A DNA stretch of 64,000 bases, from IMG/VR virus record IMGVR_UViG_3300042383_001692. One strand, given 5' to 3'. A model generated the notes under the pieces. The model was not told the DNA's origin. It did no database searches and worked only from the letters and a program-made list of their open reading frames with translations. Below are positions 29,801 through 35,100 of the stretch, in pieces (positions within the stretch are counted from its first letter, which is position 1; every line of letters starts with the position of its first letter). Source of the DNA: an uncultured virus (IMG/VR IMGVR_UViG_3300042383_001692) (Duplodnaviria > Heunggongvirae > Uroviricota > Caudoviricetes). A program made the position numbers and the translations under genes.

Positions 29801-31697
29801 CCCGTATGCAGCTAAGGTGTTTTCCGGCCTGGCTACGGGGGATCCGTTTTCAGTTTCGGCGGCTTACAACTCTTTTGCCAACATGCCAGGCGTCAATCTT
29901 CAGCCAATGATGCCTACCATGGACTGGAGCACTGGAACGCAAGTGTTTCAGCATTCCGCCTGGGGCTTGACTGTGCCAAGGCAATCTCCGGTTCGTTTAG
30001 GGGATGGACTGCCGCGTCAATCAGGCACGTTCACTTTTCAGGTGCCATCCAACTGGGAAAGCATGAGCCTTGCGCAGCAGCAGTCATACAACGCTGAAAA
30101 CGCTGTGCCCATCGTCAGGGAATTTCTGTCAAAAACAGACATTTCCAAAATGGGATTCAGCGTAAGCAAAGAAACAATCGGAGACATTGCGGGAACAAAC
30201 TGGACTGCAATCCAAAATGGGAAAATTGTTCCGCTTGGAGGCATTGAAGGCGCGTACAAAGGACTGCGCGTCAGTCAGGCTCGAGCCTCTTTGGCTTCCG
30301 CGGCTGCCAGCGTCAACAATCTAAAGCTGCAGAGAGAATTTGAGCTGAATTTCTCGCGTCCGATGGATGAATACCAAGCGTCGCAGAGGCGAGCATCGTT
30401 GTTTGGCGGCACTGTGGAGTCTCCGTTTGGCAACGGCACTCTGGATTTTGGCAAAGGCCAAATGGAATACCAGAAGATGGGGATGGCGCTCCAGATGCAG
30501 GACATAGTCGCCAATCAGAGTCAGGTGATGAGCCGGCTGGGGTGGCAGACGCAGGACCTGGTCAGGGGAAGACAAAGACAGCTTGTCCAGGCTGGCTATC
30601 AAAGACAGGATTTTGAATTTCAAGAGCGCGGAATGGCGCTGAACAGGCAGTCGCAATCCTTTGACTTTGCCTTTCAAGCGCGAGAAATGGGAATTGGTCA
30701 GCAGCAGTACCGCGAAGACTATGCCTACAACAAGAGAATGCGCCAGATGCAGTTTGGCTGGCAGATGGAGGACGCGGACACCAACATTCGCCGCGCCACC
30801 GGATTTGAGCGTCGCCAGCTGATCAAAAACAGAGAGCGCGAAGTTATTACGTTTAACGCGCAAACCGAGCAGTCAGAAAAAGAAAACAAGCGACAAGAAG
30901 AGGCGTTTAAGCGGCAGGAAGAAAAATTCAACAAAGAAGTTGAGCATTACAAGCAGGCAATTGCACTGGAAGATGAGCAGTTTAGAGCTTCAAAAGAAAG
31001 ATTTAATCAGCAGCAAAAATGGGAGGAAGAGGACTACAACATTCAGATTGAGCGCAATGGCCAGGAAATGGTCTGGGCGGAAGAAAGCTTTGAGCGGCAG
31101 ATGCAGCGCTTTAATCTGGAAAAAGAACAGTTTGATTTGGATATGAAGAACCAAAAAGTTCTTCAAGACGATGAAAAATCCTTCCGCGAAGCATCTAAAA
31201 AACTGGCAGATGAAACATATAAAAACAATCTAAACGCAGCGGAAGCCGCTGCAGGAGCTGCGGCAAAAGCAGTTGAAGTTGAGGCGTCGGTCAAAGAAAT
31301 TACCAACGGCTTGGAGCTTGCTGTTGGCGCAATGGAAAAATTCATGGAAAAAGAAACCTGGTGGGAGGTTTCAAAGGCCATGGATAAGATTGTGTGGATG
31401 TATCGACAGGTCAACGGCGTCGATGAAGAAAACGGAAGAGCCGCCGGCGGTCCTGTTTTTTCTGGCAAAACATATATTGTTGGAGAGCATGGTCCGGAAA
31501 TGCTGACTGTTAATAGAGCTGGACAGCCTACCGTGCTTCCCAACAGCGCGCTGCCGCGGTCTGCATACTCACGCGGCAATGCGGAGCAGGTTATTCACAT
31601 TCATGTGATGATGGACAGCGACGAAATTGCTACATACACGGCAGGCAAGGCCAATACACTGGCCGCAAGAAACAGAAGGAGAGCGTTCAATGGCTAA
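11865..31697 (+). CDS. giant tape measure / polyvalent virion protein with RNA polymerase, nuclease, HD, metallopeptidase, lyase-like and C39-like domains
   Basis: 6610 aa at TMP position; hydrophobic helices ~26150-26540, coiled coil ~30300-31400, C-terminal RAAGGPV..YIVGEHGPE motif; internal enzyme motifs (see findings). Confidence 0.85.
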   Translation: MTNPDEFEFQHPNAFRAAVNVLRRDEIYRGGNPAKKEYAEKTRSDLIRNFTKEEGEEYLNWVKNHYSFLNPKMPKLARFSSSPPPAFVSPDPATGIHSSVPPSATPMLASAAGGSGGVPLSATTASSSAGGAGQPPISPSRFPTTGGSGNNPPPGGNGPIGPLPATPPGPGKPRKNRTLRPSTNQALTGLENNFVEEINRHLRAKNLPYAVELTMRPSTARAVARQERAGNRINPAVDPDAAQNFREKQLLIYETRPDGTRGRSTSFTLESVMLNATSLKTGKPEQRPMLMLNKTIVPPTMVVGSQTPRPFLPVHIGPEMAQTGDVYMDSFESAADLLKKTIEGTPIGQLSERWGEITKHLPTPTDLNYLGISRMSLEAGPRYDRKAAEIAASYLVFQRGDTLSAKQFRGFTRASALGQSGYEEGPQGSTHSAAVAKAVSGKDKNSVILVRSLANVMMSSGRDITQYIPGANPANPSEPRLISGQTARLGKKSAAELAQSAIEKSRKKTNLRERQGYFPHGMHEIEVEEGGDRVGFTGFVVYGAKEMQEGGVNPDTGEKYPEFVSSMDPFGGGGVVASTNVYKSSGRIATSDEFFYMPRGKDIDIRNLRIIKGAGGRIRSSGGTIADWGEGNEEGEKSKIRLPRMGYRGGVTIEKWGISFGSDQNTARQIKNLLGNKAPAAEDILSIISNPQSTQRYYYDNGTRKNNPLYLERQRLEKAALAELNKIQAQQVDEAIDKKIKNAKTQDEIDRLEVQREREKQSRRFIRDSVMGGKSGRTVLIPVTSYNATPDSIKGSAIKAMIGHKITDPATRQAIADFEGVKGVKLDQIPLQQIEDELLPNLPRLQHVADVPMQRIIANRLQKSLFGSWYQDAEIDRAEDVLSRRQISRRVKKMTIDRMIKKGVRRPEVPVIGMTTAEIKNTPEWQIGTILAYRHHSAPGRDLGADDFRVGDIGAMIRSEYQGFITSNDPAEREQQLIRAIRDFTPENVDRRNRVFANILKMSPTYGGRLTHLTAYEHFNVEPAGTTNTVNRMSQEALFTDAPGLAEYVGEIGGKARDIVQMLMPQSAEEVVEIGKEELSMSIPAYWEAEEPDRFEVVKRMFDNARAKQNKSKTASMKLVIPGKDGKPQEIVLASPYAFDKLERGAPGTTLTRLIERIQNPLADGVSSSSIEELWRIHQEAVREYANSDAGNKAMQNIGGRGIKGMAFRYISNPDVPSGKIWVGNKDIVSMAEHFGFKVDDFLDRLKAGQKFHIYSQRYPQATGSGAWYEMEHKPDYLGPIAVPTEYNYQVAGDDDGDLANFIAGFRQVTYKRDGKIFNEFVPLPGVETAVAQQNTPLLTALNRFASFYGFKNLNKIIKEARTVMGAHIRDNLSYDPEFIEQFEKKYGKIDQVKNKDAYDRAMNAERDALVAKALVNEFHFVSKTTNTGYHIKALNAYFAGKEQRIDVEKIDAMTRIVTPKTKDSIAQTVANELGAQSVSMTLADIGRGAAEEGGAKREMGVYTVLKDLQRLSDREDHVKAVEEAQFKLYGKYGGNLIEELGSSLRPQNNRYASSFMQATSNLDWVYQRALDMLPKNEASKKFSLDFFTSDVRHFENQAKRQETAKNALMMMLENEEVSPIAVGATFGRRGNADHIAEITSLAEDIKEQIAEIKSKGEDIDGSFFARNEKFKKIMRNPKNGEAYDISNPDIDSAFSAVMRNQAYVNTIRNIAEGQYDDLDLEEKQKINGLLEMHERFINSTENNKRDWQKVASQMREGDTNGFLSDLLTQVGINPELKHLAIDDLEKITGRAIRVDEKPSRTQVLQQARLNKLNKAMKSGKRADWLDVLGLSQGSISPLLSMNPVVQSLYRRGFGSPELVDNFKDVVSSFRRSFNARASSIFSIANYNTNASEREKMQYVVGESDDVYKASSAMELVNQVIVDMLGGSRVGNSDPTLTDPETFVQKMKLGRNQYNVLMQASPALISGDVYEQTLYESLKASESGGETWLHMGGIAMGRASSSDPSASGTYVSGVPDFFKLEDYDDVDPSDPTKSVRRTRVSVFDAKNTRLSKALEKIGYRVDDSSGLVSASDIEDAVPLDKPGTYSGQLETYVWLSQSIGEMRKKLGAGTFEEISKNPDFIISEYSKEIEKWTKAISKSRGETLETARKTAIRTLEAISQGNISAGGIISRNPDRSPIDKQVTSKAKDEAGNPMLSVTPILKGAHILMSPRRLPSSGKGSIEHAVLSYASQAHDILTDVGLQDLAFMRTAVQFAWANQREFLGKEREGGLPPFGQYKPADISPLFGMLRAQSAMAKGETLDHSADSGKLTEEAEETAAILASIRQGSGASASEIANMEYILRGYQRVARGGKIQYEKLGSSVVGDDSTRKPIDVSGRPSEAGPLDDIMLREMVVSMSTDREGSGSRTMNVADAMDIDGVRTTRLAYNAQQMRELISPSLPAGFKSVDLVKSTETVLGNLIKTNALTDNDVRRVFNDKEFVDEYNSYKGDDQKVAEAIQRNALRMIYEKYKDEFGKIAPNAARFEGDSRYGYDERSGMLYTRTPSTIEGARDSVTAFRINPRLFRIKGMFEMLEIAMQRSALAILQNQEAKEKKPAKGFFDQLPIGKLSASARFFAGKEGVVSEGRPSIVNSVSQKISQMRDLFAAKKSEEDAARDKWFSREVTREYTGSKAFSTSPDHREWFVRDHLKPMWHMVHWLKDMGVETGQFKEEDIDMEVLHATVMTHDLMKARKTPSDPKDYEDNKGIAAEFAKKMGLSDKQSEKLVTVLKEMDMVKKKDWWEKNPDAWKTLTPEARINSTADSLSHYTGGVRGFLNIFSTITLPASGRDFSLKSMVESNAGKMSKDANKILMDLKIAGRTVPRDKVFTPSAISLAYDPVTKETHASGAIVSAIRGVLERSGIRHFPFKEGRNRWQTIDPATGEVKDFTPKGKMRGGRLERNDIDIVGEVDHEYIERDQDGNLTVLPAKRGDGKDVVGEFGQEIVATGEDGELYVSPSSAIKRRDSEQYRSQLLGMLNYEAGFGSNWYGKRMKQLDVSRARGGPAQEGKSYAAGEVNEENWEAEGLNVAGLGMFKTASERMLGIRADVEGINTVQQWVNRKTGRDRKIDDDPIEIAKNYFLNLFGKDYFDDLHSIEYVDSYEEASGHTGVFMPHGDYKKKIDQPLIKIAKRKGEVKTLDVLHTVMHEIGHYDEYLKKLKDTDSDWRAIDDREYIDFLNEEAYANIFAERHAKEVLPEKHYAAIGQSSLYSQYWYERWGGLSTYPKEIYEKNRLTPVWYKPRSRFYSSKIDRYLPAEPLISWEPGADADVFGRDELEEIYLNSNENFLSENQLKRVGITPKSARAQGGPVDGGSSYFAGENEAELYNSAGLNKMNRPKAHEPEFGNPLSMGWATVAGYRASANKNSVRDGAGWKLHLAAKKENYAAVDKWLWHNSPYHYKLLAGGTPQESDFTIYAGAKDRATAMAGKIKSSLSRLLLFPGRAASKFGSDRLVNEVVSMRFDPLELPGQGGEAAMEETWFYGRNGIPYDIRGNQIASRYAKLKLGIGMPKGSAEELLSLEKEMDAYDIEQEKYLAEKFPGIYDSLVEKINKTKAANALWSRSQGGIVKESGFYVAGENAEETYESTSEGYTGNHFEKLNKTYQKFYDSLYEESEDEIKIGLNKTESEKSLRKTASFIDFPRRRGDERPLNFRLWRRQNDKKGEVNPGFSSDIISVVKSKFNEFGVDLPEIEYRDLSSIHADGVYNPRHLDKGSVHIHDKFSEKPSIHGLFTTLHELGHYWDFARHRFDWEDPYVSGRDAENVYKKEVRANASAIFNARYFLKDKRHLAAFDQNALEALIEYEKHLDSYVKNGYSWKGIARANGGPVKNDAMYLAGEVDEEYYSESKRKEYEKVYGAPDHDLDPRAGRFGTISERLLGIEADHWLFPRIRGDKRRFSAIDFGKWTLTRSRNDLVSSAEGSDPVSLGRSYFERFMTPWGQKFKVDIDYSSPERWEQNAETEGHYDPSSQSIAIGPHNKKNSIKSLFTVFHEYGHAYEDLYAYYKDKDPIEYGDFDSVMLKELYADRFAAKHLLASGLIGKHQKGSVIQQSLASLMAYETHMLSDSGSVNWIAKNKNRPSDWLKNLWMPKVGPEDELVLSPRFSRAFGGPVGNGENIVGFVETISPQKSLIHSNSSEKEIIGEFGQEIISPGSDGNLYVAPNSAIKRKDSEHHKSQTRIRKGVGIARIHGGPVDPKTGAVAGESGPEGFVGSTDPDDPLAGVSDEEAYESGKAGIKETPVDPEVGVLLSSSSKKKEASAETPSDSGSDAKSEKSTGFDWEAFHAGLGGLLDEDDDYLLGVPAGATDLEGGIRPVSTNKFIAKQVKAIGELALMLFGPGGAMAGGVYGGSGKKTKKGEKWRFSRDAMGDLFGVRGPHGTISARTDIVNDKNGISLKWDNATITDLLKKGQLGTSEAAGISHLQSIESRGTDATLEDFDKGVRFLESWIAGAGDPSSEEVKSMSSVLTRVRNMRQAKMILGGRRSGTSISGMTHEEIAAEAESFNKAFSAGSSPSDIKGVVGSFTEQLAKSANLLKQLNEGIDKMVGTAGDAEKTWKTIADQADYLKQWTENAKKRGVGSTEAGARQIRQAEEEYTALQAMLNRGSDLYKETEASLGARGAEELHGKYGLGGTRRGSRLGRAMRDPYYAAFAAHFVRDMGFAIRESVMPAVFQASDYGISVNKDRELLARVGESVGSINDPASRFLAFRESWNKGMGRDSANVLGMLGGSDSTVVTALRGLNQVVQPAIGVGTAMVAANLAFPTLGFSGPAIAGVVAGTAMAATGAYTLGAMKNEKEMAIAKSLAETGGNPFGRSLFTGLGYLFDTNSSELSIGNNILKGAVSGFLPPVAAVLAGAKGIKDVSTAIYGDAEYQISVQEQQLNQEKERQKNTILSYEQYKKNQRERDNASPGGVNQRNKGGKGSAGMYSPLKIDSVEENVSNSSINQVGKGGYGVMAKPQDRNIGQLVSTPTPFITGPDGNRPTSPAPQRTPTPVSTPIATRVPYVENDGKTAPPVLGDPVLQVGGSCNVASASSFVGPLLPDSETNVKGQQIYENAARGLGLVESSNVYNTTTNEALVNYFQDKGAAIKKVSIPLQELITGVDAEGNPSKYARIFPQDVDAMAYYVPGFSFGSGPHGYYPRSGREYGHSVIRLAPNWIQNTNDRKNLNKAIYVPDESLFQGMEQWSQQNKGEKPGSETVEMIIPDFDAPPIWKSSTPPSMIGALGSEYANKFFGYNDYSARKNARDFARKYPEIYPFPIPPRDLPIEESWEGYFRETDRSQERKNFGFSFKKAFSFLPSLFQFGESSLADPNDIKPPTPTSRATIAATKTPLPTATDIPATATNVPSTRTPAPTATKPAPTATTPKPTATTPATATTLPTATAVPATATTLPTATTPLTATAVPATATTPPTATRRKPTATDEPEATATKIVITPPLPTATASATPTKQSPTATKEKEDKEEEKKPSTATTAPTATATIKSTIEPYSTATVGRKFAVTVASPEATSGPRSTSVVAKTSTATPKPPTATATASPVALATVGQTRTVEITSASTASPTAVQPVISATPVLQQPGYSRPLAVNVSGIQDMRGSGYSPENKGVVDPVEKMYVDRIGLEQKTIQEMERNLFEARLDLATSKKLERARALAAKISSELPPYDPRKSPDDMPMHVGMSAQEMDFFRSKITGGGDESHYSRYMKRLGIQAGTEESREVAAVAQIYGGNPGTERYASFFYAAADRLALGENVAESMQVAQQLGQSFGYHGFYGGSSFFADRSRMGTLLTYAQMTDAVSNNTLMGTSQMIPAIMMQTGASAGRVASSFEPLTFNRAYNSAEAAAFGQLGFVESMQKFDIERLTKEGKLAPTGLDINEIMREDVQFDDFKNYELFMRSGVNLERAANKGKYYYGSPGSKGFYMKSQALSEMVQKGGVQAEMRLNAMGFSSSFLNQAMKNPYAAKVFSGLATGDPFSVSAAYNSFANMPGVNLQPMMPTMDWSTGTQVFQHSAWGLTVPRQSPVRLGDGLPRQSGTFTFQVPSNWESMSLAQQQSYNAENAVPIVREFLSKTDISKMGFSVSKETIGDIAGTNWTAIQNGKIVPLGGIEGAYKGLRVSQARASLASAAASVNNLKLQREFELNFSRPMDEYQASQRRASLFGGTVESPFGNGTLDFGKGQMEYQKMGMALQMQDIVANQSQVMSRLGWQTQDLVRGRQRQLVQAGYQRQDFEFQERGMALNRQSQSFDFAFQAREMGIGQQQYREDYAYNKRMRQMQFGWQMEDADTNIRRATGFERRQLIKNREREVITFNAQTEQSEKENKRQEEAFKRQEEKFNKEVEHYKQAIALEDEQFRASKERFNQQQKWEEEDYNIQIERNGQEMVWAEESFERQMQRFNLEKEQFDLDMKNQKVLQDDEKSFREASKKLADETYKNNLNAAEAAAGAAAKAVEVEASVKEITNGLELAVGAMEKFMEKETWWEVSKAMDKIVWMYRQVNGVDEENGRAAGGPVFSGKTYIVGEHGPEMLTVNRAGQPTVLPNSALPRSAYSRGNAEQVIHIHVMMDSDEIATYTAGKANTLAARNRRRAFNG
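27900..28660 (+). repeat. Thr/Pro/Ala low-complexity repeat (PTAT/PATAT units) within giant ORF
   Basis: translation TPLPTATDIPATATNVP...PTATAVPATATTLPTAT... Confidence 0.9.
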
Positions 31698-32151
31698 TTC
31701 ATACATTCAACTGCGTGACGAAACCATGGCAAGCAACAAATACAAGCGAGTGTCTGTATTGTGGACGGATTTTGTAGAAGGTCCTGTTTCTCAGCAGGCA
31801 ATTGAACGATCGGCCAGCGGAAAGATTCTCGTGTCCATTGGCAAAACGTATAGAGTTTGGAGAGGGTTGTTCAAAATTGACGCAACTCCCAAGAAGTTTC
31901 CCGCTAACTGCACAACAAACTGCGATTGGGAGTATGCAAGTAAATCAGACATTGAGGCGTGGTGCGCTTCAGACAATCCGTTAAAAAGACAGCTCACAAT
32001 GATTGACAATTACGCTTTGTCTGGAGTAACGCACAAGGTGTTTATTGTCAGTCCGGTTGAGTTTCGATACGGATCTCCAGTGCCGGATGGAATCGGATCG
32101 TTTTTTTTGCTTCCTTTTGAAATGCAAACCCAGGAATTGGTGACTATATGA
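31690..32151 (+). CDS. distal tail (Dit-like) protein
   Basis: ATG 31690 overlaps TMP end; size and position. Confidence 0.55.
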   Translation: MANSYIQLRDETMASNKYKRVSVLWTDFVEGPVSQQAIERSASGKILVSIGKTYRVWRGLFKIDATPKKFPANCTTNCDWEYASKSDIEAWCASDNPLKRQLTMIDNYALSGVTHKVFIVSPVEFRYGSPVPDGIGSFFLLPFEMQTQELVTI

Positions 32152-35100
32152 GAAACGTTCCAAGCGGAGATCAAAACCTGGTGGACGCGGCCGCCCTTAA
32201 TCCGCGCAAGCCGTATTACAAAACCACATACAGGAATGACATTCTCAGGTTTGCAACTCCGGCGCCAGCCGTTCCCGGGGCCGCCAGTCCGATTCCCATT
32301 TCGTATACGGCGGTTGGCGCATCCAGTTTTTACGCAGCGGGATACACGGCCGGCGGAGATCTCAAAGCAATGCAGTTCACGCCTTCCGCGACTGGAGGGC
32401 CGGATCTTTCCGCCTCTTCTGGCACAACCACCATACGTGCAATTACGGATTCAAACAAGGCAACCCTGCGCGGAAACTGGCAGAACGGAATTTATTTTTA
32501 CGCCGTTTACACATCTTCTCTTGGAAATATCTCCCTGGGAAGAACGTTTGCCTCCGGAAATCTTGCCCCGACAAATCAGGGAGTTCCTTCCGGCCTTCCT
32601 CAGGCGTTTATTACAAATGCATCCGGAACGACGAAAGCAAGCGCAGTTCGTCCAAGCGCGCGCATCGTAATGGAACACGGAGACCAGCTGATTGTGATGA
32701 CTTCCTACAAGTTTATGGAAGAGATCAACCAGATGGTTTGCACCATGACGTTTTACCATTCGGAGCCAAACCTTCAGGTTTTTCGTCGCTTGCGCACCGT
32801 GATTCAATACGAATGCACGGACACTGTATCGACTACGGGTCAGTTTGACGTCAACAGCGGACGCGTGTTTGCCATGTCGTATTCCGCTGGAAAGTTTTTT
32901 GTCATTGCCAACGACGGCACCAAGGCCATTCGATTCACATACAACCAGGGCGTGGAAGGAATGGCAGAGCCCATTATCCCAATTGACATTGACGCAAACC
33001 GCCTGGAAATTACCGATCAAACCAACGGGCAGAAGACATATGGAAAGTATCACCAGTTCATGCCTTCTTCCATTGCAAAAATCAACAACAGGTATTACCT
33101 GAATGGGCAGATGACGCGCACGTACTCAAATGGAGACATGCGGGTAATGGAAATTTATCTGTGGTCTGCAGATGGAATCAACTGGTCCATAGGAGATGTA
33201 TCCAGCTTTATTGATGCGCATTACTACAAACGCGGAGAAACGGTAAAGCTGCGCAATTACTGTCTTGTGTATTGGCCAGGTTCATCCACTTTGTATGCAA
33301 TTGGCAGCGGCTGCGGCACATCCGCAACAGCGCGCGAGATAGATGCAGGAGTCGTTGAAACTGATTTTTCCAGCACCGTAATTTCCGGCCACATTCAAAA
33401 TGCAACAAACTCTGCGGACAAGGCGGATCTGCTTGTCATGAAGGGGTTTAACACGGTTGATCCAGCTGTTCTTGGAGGAAAGACCATCACCGTTGAGCTC
33501 GGGTATTACAACGCGTCCAACGAACTGCGTTCCACAAAAATGGGTGAGTATTTTGTGGATTCAGAACTGCATGAGTTAAACAGTTTTGGTCGCGGCCCAA
33601 ACAGAGTAACAACTACGGATTCCGGATCCTGGAAGCTGACAAGATGGTCTTCCATTACCGACATTGACCGCTGGAGCTCCACGTATATCAAAGACGATTT
33701 GAAGGTGCTGTCCAAATTGATTGTCAAGGGCATCAGTTCGGACTATCAGGCAATAGACAACGCAACTGGCACCGGCCTGTATCTGAGCAACCTCAACGAT
33801 CCGTTTGTGGGATACACGTCCACGCGGGACGACCGGGATGGAATGTTCACGGTTTGTGCAAGGTTTGTCAGGACCGGCACGGGTGCAAACGCAATGGCAA
33901 AGCTGAGCTCGATCGGTTTGCTGATTGGCGCAGAAGACTACACGGACATTTACACAAAGGGCGCTGCGGACCGCAAGGGGTTCAACGCCATCATGATCCC
34001 TGCGGAATCCACGTGGACTGGCCGCGCAAAGACCGGACCTGAGATGCGCAAGAGCAATCTGAAGCGCAGAGCGGACGACCCAAGCACGCCGGAAAACGAG
34101 TCAGATGCAGACAAAGCGTTTCAGTGGATTCGGCGCTACACGTCCCTTTGGGAAAGAGATGTGTACGCTCCCGATGGAGACAGCGCATACAACAAGATCA
34201 CTGCAAACACTGCGTCCGCAACGGGGGCGGGGACGGGAAGCGGCGCAGTAATTTACACAAGCGCATTTACTGCAGAGCACAACACGGATTATGAATTTGT
34301 CGTGCGAAAGCAATCGGGAAGAATTCAGACATTTGCGCGCAAAAAAGGGAGAACGGAATCCACAGTTGCCGCTGCAACACACACGGAGTATCAGCTGATT
34401 CATCAGTATCAGTTCACTCGAGAAGACATAATGAACTGGGGACCTCGGCCATTCTGGGGGCTTGTTGCCAACACGGATGTGTTTGCGTCACTTGACGGAT
34501 GGAACAGCCGGGAATACGGCAACATTGAAACTGGGCTGACAGAGGCATACAACATTATTGGTGGGTTTTCCGATTTTCCTGACTCCAACCTTGCTTCTTA
34601 TGGATTTCAAGAAGTGATCGGATCGCAAGGCGGATATCAAACCATTGTTATTCCCGGTGAAACGCAGCAGTTTTACAGTGAAGGGAACCTGGAGATTATT
34701 GAAACCAAAAAACCGGTTTCGTATCAGATTTTTGTCGGAGAGGTTAATCAGAGCGTATCCTATATCGAAGATTGTCCGGTTCAGTCTCTTCATGTTGGAG
34801 AAATTGTTCGGTGTTTGATTTTTTCAGATCTGGGAGGAGCAACTACCGGAAGCATAATCACTCAGGTCAACTGCGGCCACAACATCATTCGACAGGGAGC
34901 CGGTCAGAACATCAATCCAAGAGCAGAGTTCATTACGATTATTGCGTCTATAGAAACAGTGCAGGACGGGCGAAAAAGAATTCGCTTTGGCCGTCGATGG
35001 AGCATTGGAGGATCTCCCACTGCCATCACCGGAGAAAATTTTGATTATGCGATTTACAAGGTTGGGTATTCAGATCAATACGCCAGGGCGTTTTCCGGAT

